Shown here piece after piece: positions 39,009 through 50,139 of a stretch of 64,000 bases of DNA. This stretch comes from Octopus sinensis. Taxonomy: Eukaryota. The translations under genes were made by a program, and so were the position numbers. The stretch covers positions 8,618,001 through 8,682,000 of the forward strand of contig NC_043000.1 in the NCBI RefSeq assembly GCF_006345805.1, given 5' to 3'. The notes beneath the pieces were generated by a model that did no database searches, was not told the origin of the DNA, and saw only the letters and a list, made by a program, of their open reading frames with translations. The number at the start of each line of letters is the position of its first letter. Positions within the stretch are counted from its first letter, which is position 1.

Positions 39009-39130
39009 GATTTGGCTGCTACTTCGAGCCGGTCGGGCGATCATTTGTTAGATGAGTGAAAAGAAACTGTCAACCGCTAGCTACACGCTCTCTCCCTCTC
39101 TCTCTTCTTCTCTTTTCTCTCTTTCTCTCT

Positions 39131-39164
<34 letters not shown>

Positions 39165-39311
39165 CTTTCCTTCATCTCGCATCCTCTCTCTCCCTACCTT
39201 ACTCTATTCACTCAGTATTTCTGATTTAGCTCGCAAAAGCGACAAAAAGATTTTTCATAAAATCTTTCTATCGTCCTCTCTAGCCAAATCAGAAATATAG
39301 AGTGAGGCACG

Positions 39312-39347
<36 letters not shown>

Positions 39348-39669
39348 AGAGAGGGAGAGAGAGAAAAAGAAGGAAAGAAAGAAAGAAAGAAAGGAAGGAA
39401 GGAAGGAAGGAAGAAGGAAGGAAGGAACGGAAGGAAGGAAGGAAGGAAGAGAAAGAAAGCCAAGAAAGAAAGGAAAGAAAGAAAGAAGAAAGAAAGGGAT
39501 AGAAAGAAAGAAGAAAAGAAAAAAGAAAAGAAAGAAAGAAAGAATGAAAGAAAGAGATCTGAAAGTGAGGGTGGGCGGGTTGATGGGGTAGCCCAATGGC
39601 AGACAAGTTTGTTTCCTCTCATTTGACAAATGGTCGCTCGACTTGCTGAAATTGCTTAGCCACACATCC
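39009..39669. mobile_element. Degenerate fold-back/MITE with (CT)n left arm and (GA)n right arm
   Basis: Central hairpin 39217-39296 (loop TCAT at 39255); outer complex arms 39009-39070 and 39600-39669 are diverged reverse complements. Confidence 0.7.
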
Positions 39670-39674
39670 ACACC

Positions 39675-40718
39675 TGCGCTTATGACCAAAACATACTATA
39701 TTATTGTTGCAGCATGAGTAAAAAGCACGCTTGGCAACCGCTGGTCGGCAGCGGATTTGTGTAGTAGAAATAAAAGTTTCCGTTTATTAAAACGATACCA
39801 ATACCGTATGTGTTCACTACCGTTGTTTGCAGCAATGCTTGGAAGGAAGGTGTGTAGCGTGTGACCATCGCATTGACCATGATAGAGGAAGTTGTCTTGG
39901 CGATACCTGCTCAGAGGCCTACGCAAGGTTGGAGAAAGTGTAAGGAGAGGAAGTGCACGAGTGATTCAAACGTTACCAAGATGGCCGAAGAAAATGTCGA
40001 TATTGACGAACGTTCTGGAAGACCCGCAACCAGTAGAGCTGAGAAAGACATCACAGATGTTTCATGCGGCTGTGAGGGGAAATCATCAAATCACCGGCGG
40101 CGAGCTGGCAGAATCGTTAGCACGCCGGGCGAAATGCGTAGCCGTATTTCGTCTGCCGCTACGTTCTGAGTTCAAATTCTGCCGAGGTTGATTTTGCCTT
40201 TCATCCTATCGCGGTCGATAAATAAAGTACCAGTTACGCACTGGGGTCGATATAATCGACTTAATCCCTTTGTCTGTCTTTGTCCCTCTATGTTAGTTAG
40301 GGTTCAGTTCAGTCCATTATCACTGAAGATTTGGGTATGAGATATGTGTCTGCCAATTTTGTGCCAAAGCTGCTTTCAGATGACCAAAAAGGCACTCGGG
40401 TTTCAGTTGCACAAGATCTCCTTGATTGTGTCGAGAACAATGAAAACTTTGCCTAGGCCTCTGAGCAGGTATCGGCAAGCTTTTGACAAAATTTGAAGCA
40501 GATTCTCTGCTCAACTTCCTCTGTCAGGTCAATGCGACGATCACACGTTACACACCTTTCCAAGCACTGCTGTAAACAGCGGAAGTGAGATAGAACGCTA
40601 AAATTTAGTGCGCATGCACAGCAGAGTTCAAGGTCAATCTGAACCGAGTGGCTTCACTCTGCGTGCTTTAGCTTTGTTACTATGGCAACAATCTGGATAC
40701 TTATTGATCAGGCCAGTA
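39675..40718. mobile_element. irritans-like mariner relic built from two convergent 5' ends
   Basis: Plus strand GDTCSEAYARLEKV..DERSGRPATS..TEDLGMRYVSANFVPKLL; 40449-40600 is an inverted, diverged copy of 39817-39925; TIR-like end plus TA at 40717. Confidence 0.75.
40096..40295 (+). mobile_element. Group A SINE inserted in the mariner ORF
   Basis: Interrupts the coding relic between NHQIT and SVQSIITED. Confidence 0.9.
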
Positions 40719-40755
40719 ATTGATTGTATTGTATGGTTACATAACGAAATAAGGT

Positions 40756-40961
40756 GTACAATATTTACATTATTTACATTATTTACATTCGACAGATATT
40801 TGTCCTCGTCTTGTTTGTTGTTAACACAACGTTTCGGCTGATGTACCCTCCAGCCTTCTTCAGGTGTCTTGGGGAAATTTCGAACCCGTGGGTATATGTA
40901 GTGGTTAAGAGCGCGGGCTACTAACCCCAAGATTCCGAGTTCGATTCCAAGCAGTGACCTG

Positions 40962-40997
<36 letters not shown>

Positions 40998-41197
40998 AAT
41001 AATAATAACATCGAAAAATACCTTAGGAATGAGAACCCAGGTTCGAAATTTCCCCAAGACACCTGAAGAAGGCTGGAGGGTATTATCAGCTGAAATGTTG
41101 TGTTAACAAAAAAGATGAGGACAAATATCCGTCGAATGTAATTAATGTAAATAATATAAATAATGTACATAATTCCTCATCTATTAAATGTAGAACT
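40756..41197 (+). mobile_element. Composite unit: inverted PLE-type end + tRNA-like head + (AAC)n(AAT)n + PLE-type end with hammerhead
   Basis: 40756-40886 is the inverted repeat of about 41040-41168; head 40888-40961 with B box GTTCGATTCC at 40939; flanked by GAAATAAGGT (40746) and GAAATAATGT (41198). Confidence 0.8.
40824..40867 (-). ncRNA. Minimal type I hammerhead motif (degenerate mirror on plus strand 41059-41103)
   Basis: ACAC-CUGAAGA-A-GGCUG gaggguacau CAGCC-GAAA-CG-U-U-GUGU; the AACGUU palindrome leaves no monomeric loop III. Confidence 0.7.
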
Positions 41198-41956
41198 GAA
41201 ATAATGTCTCCCTACCAGCAATTAGCATCATCTTTTCGTATCATTGCAACATTGCTTAGAAAGCAAACATGTTTATTAAAAAAAAATGTTTGTTATGAAG
41301 AGGTTAAAAATGATATTTGACTCCGAAACTGGAAGAATTTTATGCCTGATGGATCAATGATTTACCAAATAGATAAGATTATGTTATCAATACTGAGGGC
41401 AAATATTTTCTTTATTAAATACGTTAAGGTTTCTGTGGTTGCTTTCACTCTTTCAGTGACAGACACCGACCCCTCATATTACGAAGATTACAATAGTTTT
41501 TGACGCCGCTACAGGCGTTTTCATCACACAAAATAGCAGCAATATAACTTAATAAAGAAGGACATCGAATCACAGATTACGTTATGTAAGTCCAATTTTA
41601 TATTTACCTTTCTGGAGGAAGACACCTAACGCTATATTACAAGGTGTAGTTAGTTCATTGAAATGTTAGACATAGAAACCACATGATTAGCATCTGGAAA
41701 CATTCTTAGGTTTTGTGTCAACTTATCTTCTTCAGTATTGCATTTCCTTGTAAAAATAAGTCTGTGGAAGTTGTTGGGTTAACGTACGATTAACAAGCCT
41801 TAGAAATGCATCATGGGCGGCAGCGTGGTGTCGGCGTTGTCGGCGTTGGCGCTAGCGTCATTGTCGTCGTCGTCGTCATCATCATCATCATTAACATCAA
41901 AACCACCACCACCACTTCTATCATCATCATCATCATCATCATCACAGTTTACAGTT

Positions 41957-42001
41957 TAGACGATTACGTTTCATCAGAATTTGGCCTCGTCAGACTGTCT
42001 A
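41957..42001 (-). ncRNA. Hammerhead-like relic
   Basis: UAGACAGU-CUGACGA-ggccaaauucugau-GAAA-CG-UA-AUCGUCUA; stem I pairs 7 of 8, stem II poorly paired. Confidence 0.4.
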
Positions 42002-42273
42002 TTCGTATATATGTATGTATTATGTGTGTGTGTGTGGTGTGTGTGTGTGTGTGGTGTGTGTGTGTGTGTGTGTGTGTTGGTGTGTGTGTAAGAACATTTT
42101 ATCTTGAATAAAAATTGTACTCAATACTAAGTGACTTGATTGAATAAATATTTCAGCATGGGCTTACTATTTTGAGATCTTTTTGGCTGGGTGTGGTCTC
42201 GAAATGCATACATATATATATACATACATACATGATTTTATATACGTATATATATATATATATATATATTATA

Positions 42274-42305
<32 letters not shown>

Positions 42306-42411
42306 AAGTTAATCCAAACAAGAAAACACAGAAAAAAAGAGAAAAAAACACAGCAACGCAGGACGTGGAACAATTAAAGTATTATTGACGCTCAGGAAAG
42401 AAGGGAGGAGG

Positions 42412-42446
42412 GTTTAACGTTTCGAGCGGAGCTCTTCGTCGGAAAC
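42412..42446 (-). ncRNA. Minimal hammerhead motif, U4C core variant
   Basis: GUUU-CCGACGA-A-GAGC ucc GCUC-GAAA-CG-UU-AAAC; lies in an A-rich PLE-end-like segment beside (TA)n. Confidence 0.6.
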
Positions 42447-42534
42447 AAGGAGAAGGAAAGATCCCAAGAAGGGAAGACAGAGGAAAAAATATTTGAGCTG
42501 GTGGTGCTCAAGAGATCACATGTATATGTAGCTA

Positions 42535-42582
<48 letters not shown>

Positions 42583-42606
42583 TGTGTGAGAGTGTCTGTA
42601 TATATA

Positions 42607-43945
42607 CAGGGTGTCCATAAAGTCTCTTTGCAATTTTAAAATTTTATTACAAAGGCAGTTGACAAGATATCTTAACCAGATTTGTTTTATTGTAATAATT
42701 GTTTATTAAAGTTTTTTAACTGTTATTTAATAGACCTCAATGTGGGTACCATTAGTAGCACGAAGCACATCAAGATGGTACTCGATTTCTTGCTATGTTC
42801 GCTGTAGGATAGCCTCATCAACGGTGGTAATGGCATTACGAATCCTTTGCTTCAAGTCAGCAATACCCCGTATCTTTGTTTGATACACGATATATTTTAC
42901 ATAACCCCATAAAAAGAAGTCCAAGTGAGTGATATCTGGCGAACGCGGTGGCCATGGAATTGGCCCATCCCTTCCAATCCATCGGTCTGGAAATGTTTGA
43001 TTGAGGAACTGGCGAACATGCCATCCCCAATGTGGTGGTGCACCATCTTGCAGGAAAATGATGGTTGGTTGTAAATCAATCAGTTGTGGTGCCACATATT
43101 CGGTCAGAAGGACGAGGTAAACATCTGCAGTAATGTTGCCTCGTTGAAGAAAAATGGACCATTATTCGATTGCACATGATTCCACACCACACATTCCCTT
43201 TTGGACTATCCCTTGAAGCTCCCTAGTCACATGGGGGTGTTCTGGTGCCCAGATTCCACATTGTGTCTGTTTAATTCCTGAAACATGAAATGAAAGTCGC
43301 CTCGTCACTAAAACAAACTCGCTTGAGGAATAATGCTTCATCCTCAGAAATGCGTTCCAGCATATTGAGTGCAAACTCTTTCCGTTTTTGCTTATCATTT
43401 TGCTCAAGTGCCTGTAACAGTTGGACTTTATAAGCGTACAACCGTAAGTTCTTGTGGAGGACCTTGCGCACTGTTGAACGTGGTAGTTGCAACTGTCTGG
43501 CAGCAGTGCGGATGGACTTCGTAGGAGAACGAGCAAAGGCTTTTGAAACACGATCATGTTTTCATCAGATGTTCTTGGTCGCCCGCTCCTCCCTTTATCC
43601 AACACCGTCCCTGTCTCCATAAATTTCTTGTGCCATGCACGAATTGAAGGACGCAATGGTGGATCTCTTCCATACTTAGTTCTGTAGTTTCGTTGAGTCT
43701 GAACATCCGATTTTGTCTCAATAAACCAGGATACACATTGTGCCTTTTCATGAGGAGTAGCCATTTTATAGGGGTTCAGTGAATCAGTTCCCTTCCATCA
43801 ACAGAGTGTCTGAAACACAAAAAATTAATATCAATAAAAACTTTAATAAACAATTATTAAAATAAAACAAATCTGGTTAAAATATCTCATCAACTGCCTT
43901 TGTAATCATTTTTTTTTTATATTGTAAAGAGACTTTATGGACACC

Positions 43946-43948
<3 letters not shown>
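42607..43948 (-). mobile_element. Full-length rosa-like (DD41D) Tc1/mariner element with about 110-bp TIRs and TA duplication
   Basis: CAGGGTGTCCATAAAGTCTCTTT at both ends; TA at 42605 and 43949. Confidence 0.95.
42727..43764 (-). pseudogene. DD41D transposase, frameshifted
   Basis: MATPHEKAQCVSWF..GRSGRPRTS, CFSDEATF, QDGAPPHW-41 aa-WPPRSPDITHLDFFLWG; several frameshifts and a stop. Confidence 0.92.
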
Positions 43949-43985
<37 letters not shown>

Positions 43986-44540
43986 GTAAGATACTGCACG
44001 AGTGGAATTATATATGAAAGAAGGTTTGAAAATGCAATTTTAAAAGATGTTTATTCACTTGACCAGTTTCACTTGTTTAGAAAAAGATTGTCAAAAGTTA
44101 AATGTAAAAGCTTTGTTGTGTTAGGTACTGGTTATCACATAATATTACAATACATATATACATTCTTATGAACAGCTGTGCACATGTGGCCAATAAAATC
44201 ACATGTGCACACACACACACACACACACACATACACACACACACACATACACACACACACACACGCTTGTTTATAAATTACTTTATAAAGACAGATGGTT
44301 ACATTTCATTAAAGCCAGTCAAGTTCGTTACAGATACAAATTGTTTACAAAGGATCTATCGCTGACAGAAACAATATACAGAATGGCAAACAGAAACAAT
44401 ATTGTTATTTCAGTATCTTCATGAACTTTCTATGTGTATTGAAGCGCCATTTTGTTTATATATCAGGACGAATGTAAACAAAAAGTCATATAATTTACCC
44501 TCTGTAATCCGAAATAATTTATCCGATGTTATACCTGTTA

Positions 44541-45112
44541 TCTTTTACTTGTTTCGGTCACTGGGCTGCGGCCATCCTGGGGCAACACCCTGACGTGTCT
44601 TGATCGAACAGATCGATCCTAGTGTTTTTCTTTAAGTGTGGTACTTAATCTATCGGTCTGTTTTGCCGAACCACTAAGTTACCAGTGACGCAAGCAAGTC
44701 AAAAGCAGTCGTGTGTGTGTGTGTGTGTATGTGTGTGTGCGTGCGTGTGGAGAGGAACAGATGCAAACAGAAAGACACACACATATACATATATGCGGTG
44801 AGCTTCCACACAATTTCCGCCTACCAAATTCACTTAGAATGTATTAGTCGGCCCGGGGCTATAGTAGAAGACACTTGCCCATAGTAGAAGACACTCGCGT
44901 AGTGGGACTAAACTAGAAACCATGTGCTTGCAATGTGTGTCCTTGTGTCTGTGTTTGTCATCACACCCGCTTGTACCTAGCGGTTCAGCAAAAAGGCCGA
45001 TAGAATAAGTACCAAGCTTTAAGAAAAAATATAAATACTGGGATTGATTCATTCGACTAAAATCCTTCAAGGTGGTGCTCCAGCATAGCCACAACTGAAA
45101 CAGAAGAGTAAG
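44541..45112. mobile_element. Group B SINE (minus, 44541-44928) fused to a plus-strand group B 3' half (44933-45112)
   Basis: Match to other copies; orientation switches near 44930. Confidence 0.8.
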
Positions 45113-45157
45113 AGATAAATATATATGTTATTGTACAAATTCTCGCTGTTCACTGTG

Positions 45158-45736
45158 TACAAGGCGGTGCTGAAAAGTTCCTGAGTCTGGGTAAAAGTAC
45201 AGAGAGTAAAAGTACAGAGGGATCAGTTAAAGGGTAAAGACCCTTTTGGTCATGAATGACCATGGGATTGCACCTAGAAAGTTCCCCTCCGTGGCACAAG
45301 TCCGGGTAAGGTTGTTTATGGAAGACCAGCAGTTGCTCAATGCGTACAAGCTTCACCTCTTTACTTATCCAAGAGAAAGGCAAAGGGGCCGATACAGCTT
45401 GGCACCAGTGACGTCGCAACTGATTTCTAAAGCTGAGTGAACTGGAGCTAAGTGAAATAAAGTGTCTTGCTCAAGAGCACAACACACAGCCCGGTCCGAG
45501 AATCGAACTCACTACCTCATGATTGTGTGTCTGACGCTCTAACCACTGAGCCATGTACCTTCAAGGAGGATCAGACAATTACAATTTTATTCAACATATT
45601 CCCCTGTTTGATTCATACAGTTATTGCAGCGGTCTTTCAGTTTTTCTATGCCCTGTAAAAGAACTCAGAAGGTTGGGCCTCCAACCCGGCTTTCGCGATA
45701 CCCTTCAAGCCAGGAACTTCTCAGCACCCCCTCATA
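45158..45736. mobile_element. mariner-type MITE hosting a nested SINE
   Basis: TA-CAAGGCGGTGCTGAAAAGTTCCTG...CAGGAACTTCTCAGCACCCCCTCA-TA. Confidence 0.75.
45229..45562 (-). mobile_element. Group C SINE, full length with tRNA-like head
   Basis: Minus strand GAAGGTACATGGCTCAGTGGTTAGAGCGTC...GAGTTCGATTC. Confidence 0.9.
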
Positions 45737-45749
45737 CATGGCGGTTTAT

Positions 45750-46992
45750 CAGAATCGTTAGCACGCCGGGCGAAATGCCTAGCGGTATTTCATCTGCCGC
45801 TACGTTCTGAGTTCAAATTCCGCTGAGGTCGACTTTGCATTTCATCCTTTCGGGGTCGATTAAATAAGTACCAATTACGCACTGAGGTCGATATAATCGA
45901 CTTAATCTGTTTGTCTGTCCTTGTTTGTCCTCTCTGTGTTTAGCTCCTTGTGGGTAGTAAAGAAATAGGTTTATCAGATGCATTTGGTTTATGTAGCATT
46001 AATACATTATATTGTACCATCAAAAAATTCTACAAATTAGATTAGCATTTTTAACTGATTTGATATAAGAAGGGTTTCTAATCTTGTTGACAAAGTTATA
46101 TTATTGCTTGTTTTGCAACAGACGAAGAAACTTTATAGCAGTTGGCTCGGCATCAACCATCTCTAATTACATTTGAGAGATATTAAGTATATCTTACTAC
46201 ACCCGAAATGTCTTTATGAGTGACTCATTTAATCATTGCTCCCACTCATCATAAATATAAGCAGTTACTCATGTACAGACATTGTTATTTTCTGCATGGT
46301 TAAAAAAGGGAGGGTTAAAATAAACAAAAATACCTTTTTGTTGTTTTGTTTTTTTCTTTCGAACTTCTAATGTAAATAGTAAACTTTCGTAAAACTAAAC
46401 ACGTGTGTTACGATGGGTAGTGAAAATTCAGTTGTTTTAAACACGGGATTGTCTTCTTTGAATCAGTCAAGCTCACTTGTCTAAAATATCTATACTCACC
46501 TTCCCTTATGGAACACACACATACGCGCGCGCACGCCCACACCGCCAGGAACATTATAGGCGCGGGCGTGGGTGTGTGTGTGTGGTTAAGAGGCTTGCTT
46601 CACAACCATGTGATCTTGGGTTCAGTCCCACTTCGTGGCACCCCACGCAAGCGTCTTCTATTGTAGAGCAGGGCCGACCAAAGCCTGGTGCATTGATTTC
46701 GTAGGCGGAAACTGAAAGAAGCTCGTCGAGTATAAACACATACATACACACACACATAGACCCCCACACACCCCACACACATGTGAATGTGTATCTGAGT
46801 TACGTTTGTCTCTCTCTACCACTTGACAACTGGTGTTGGTTTGTTTCCGTTCCTGTAGTTCGGTAAAGAACGAGAATAGGTACTAGGCTTAACAAATATA
46901 TATACTGGGTTCGATTTGTTCGACTAAACCATTCAAGATGTTGCCCCCAGCATGGTCGCAGTCTAATGACTGAAACAAGCAAAAGATAAAAG
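45750..46992 (+). mobile_element. Group A SINE (45750-45970) and group B SINE (46558-46992), with unassigned DNA between them
   Basis: Match to other copies. Confidence 0.85.
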
Positions 46993-47243
46993 ATTCCTAA
47001 ATGCCGCAAGTTCTCGTAGATAACTTTAGGTTGCATGCATAGCTGTGTTCACTTTGCAGCCACAACTGTCGGAGTTCGATTTTCTCTGTAATTACTGAAG
47101 TAACACTCTTCTGCTGATTCTCGACCAAGCCAATAAACTGGGAGTGGAATTTAATGGACGGAAACTGCGTGGAAGCCTACTATGTGCCTACATACAAACA
47201 TGAATACATACACGGTTTGTCGACATTGTTCTGTAAATAGCAT

Positions 47244-48025
47244 AGAGCCGGTTTCCCGGTTTCTCTTGGGTATATATTTCTCCCTGGACGGGACGCAAAT
47301 TCTTTTTTTCTCACGAATTCTGGACCCCAGTAATGAACTCATTTGCATACTGCCAATCAGAACTCACCGTAACCTTGTTGTTCGCAAACAAGGTCACGTG
47401 ACCTACGCAGAGGCAGCCATACAGATAACGAAGGATGAGATCCGTTCAGCTCCCAGATGATGCCTAGACGCAAAGCCCAACATAGCATTCCTGAATGTGT
47501 CAAACACAACCAATCTCTTGGTAAAGGACACTCTGCCAAGTAAACTCAAGACGAAGGACGGTGTTGTGAGTCGACCGATCGCCAAGGTTATGCCTGATTC
47601 TAGAAGGAGACAAGTAATTGGATAGATTTGCATCTGAACCTAATATCGGATTTTGTTAGAGTCCGATATGGTAAAGATGTAGATGGGAAAAGCGTGGGTG
47701 TGATTTACAAAGTAAACAACAACACAAATAATTACGCAGAGGTAGCCATGGTTGAAACAAGAACACGAACAACAAGCATTATCAAAAGAGAAAAGAAACA
47801 TGGTCATTCCTTACCCAAGTGACCTAATCTTATCGCCCATTACTTGTTATGCGCTCAAAAATTAGTTTGATAGTTGAGCTCTGATTGGCTGTATGCAAAT
47901 GAGCTCATAACTTATGGCAAAAAAAATTTCGTGGACGGGATGCTGGTCCGTCGCTGGACTACTCTCATTTTACCAGCTGAGTGAACTAGAGCAACGTAAA
48001 ATGACATGTTTTACTCAAGAACACC
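47244..48025 (-). mobile_element. Group C SINE split by an insertion
   Basis: The halves 47244-47296 and 47932-48025 are collinear with the reverse complement of 5116-5370. Confidence 0.75.
47297..47931. mobile_element. 635-bp TIR element with 12-bp target duplication (MULE-like, tentative)
   Basis: TGGACGGGACGC (47285) / TGGACGGGATGC (47932) duplication; subterminal inverted repeats of about 40 bp near 47329-47368 and 47874-47913. Confidence 0.65.
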
Positions 48026-48026
48026 T

Positions 48027-48651
48027 AAGGCGGTGAGCTGGTAGAATCGTTAGCACGCCGGGTGAAATGCTTAGGAGTATTTCGTCTGCCGTTACGTTCT
48101 GAGTTCAAACTGCGCCGAGGTCGACTTTGCCTTTTATCCTTTCGGAGTCGATTAAATAATTACCAGTTACGCACTGGGGTCGATCTAATCGACTGTCCCT
48201 CTCCCCCAAAATTTCGGACCTTGTGTTTAGAGTAGAAAAGAAAAGAGCACCCAAGGCAGCGAGCTGGCAGAATCGTTAGCAAGTCAGGTGAAATGCTTAG
48301 CGCCATTGCGTCCCCTCCCACAAAATTTCAGGCTTTGTGCCTTTAGTAAAAAGGATTATTATTATTATTTTCCTTCTTTCTTCAAATCCGTTTCTCGCCG
48401 AGTCTTTTCCGTACACCTAGGGCAGAGAAGCTCATTGTATGCATTCCCAGATTACACACGCAAATTCACAGGTAAAATATGTATTTAATAAATAAATAAA
48501 TAAATAAATACATAAATAAATTCATGGATGGATGTTGTTTTCACAGCGATAATGCTCTTCTCAGTACATGAGTCGTTCCAGTTAATACGATTTTTTGCAC
48601 TTCCTGTAGGGATGGTAAGCCTGGTATCATTTTCAAATAGGTTTCAATACC

Positions 48652-48703
<52 letters not shown>

Positions 48704-49160
48704 GCTCTGTTGAGGACGGTGAACTGTCGGAGTCGTTATGACGCCGGGCAAAATGCTTAGCGGCACTCCGTCCGTCTTTCCATTCTACTTCAAATTCCAC
48801 CGAGGTCGACTTTCCCTTTCGTCGTTTCCGGGCCAATGAAATAAGTGCCAGTCAAACATTGGAATCGATGTAATCGACTTGGTCCCTCCCACAAAATTCC
48901 AAAATGCCTTGTACCTGTATTAGAAAGAATTATTAATATTATCGAGGACGGCAAACTGCCGGAATCGTAAGAATGTCGGATAAAATGCTTTGCAGTATTT
49001 CTTCTGACTCATAACGTCCGGAGTTCAAATTCAGCCCAGGTCAATTTTTGCCTTTCGTCTTTTTGCTGTCGATGAAATAAAAATCAATTGAGCTTTAGGG
49101 TCGATGTAATCGATAAGCCCCCTCTCTCCCAATTGCAGGCCTCGTGCCTATAGTAGAAAA
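48027..49160 (+). mobile_element. Cluster of four group A SINEs with (TAT)n spacers
   Basis: Heads near 48027, 48252, 48712 and 48943. Confidence 0.85.
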
Positions 49161-49355
49161 GATTTGATATTATTGAATTTTTACATTCAGTATCAGAATA
49201 TTTTCGTTGCTTCCCTATAATCAAATCATACGAGTATTACGTTCATCTGTGTTTTAAAGGCGTCGTTTTGTTTATATATGTTGCTAGGCACTGCCAATCG
49301 CTTTAGTTTATGTGTGCATGTATTCGTGTGTGTACGTGTGTGTGTATATATATAT

Positions 49356-49407
<52 letters not shown>

Positions 49408-49420
49408 TATACTATACATC

Positions 49421-49451
<31 letters not shown>

Positions 49452-49543
49452 ATATTATATTACATATACATATATATATACATATGTATATGTATATGTA
49501 TATATATATGTATATGTATATGTATATGTATAATATATATATA

Positions 49544-49582
<39 letters not shown>

Positions 49583-49787
49583 AATGTATGTATGTATATA
49601 TTATATGTATATATATATATATATGGAAGAGAGAGGAAAGAGAGTTTGTAGTTGTGGTTAGCATTCTTATGTGCGTAGGTGTGTGTGCGTGTGTGTGTGT
49701 GTTTGCTCGGTGTTAAATAAACAGAAATTTGAACAATACAGTGTATTTGCCAGATTAAGAGACAGAGCAGATATAAATTCTCTCACA

Positions 49788-49833
<46 letters not shown>

Positions 49834-50139
49834 CACGCGCGCGCGCGCACGCACAAAACACACGATCACATGGAAACACGCCCACATACACGCGTACCTA
49901 ACTCTTCGCATAAACACACAAACATCCCCTCCCCAACACATAAGAAGGCTCACTACAACAAACTAACAACTACACACATACATGAACACACACACACTTA
50001 AACTATTGGCAACAGCATGTCAACAAGAAGGCTCTCTTGTAAAAGACAATTAAATTCATTACTCATACGACAAGACTACAGAGTTGTAACGAAAGTATTC
50101 TTTCATAGAATGAAAAGTTCAACAACAACAGTAATGATT

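Noticed and set aside
8200-43570. CUGANGA heptamers at about 8205, 16830, 18159, 32757 and 43563
   Set aside because: They lie inside transposase or LINE coding relics and lack the rest of the fold; chance occurrences are expected.
43162-43764. Intact 200-aa transposase
   Set aside because: Only about the first 70 aa are in the transposase frame; the rest is off-frame after a deletion.
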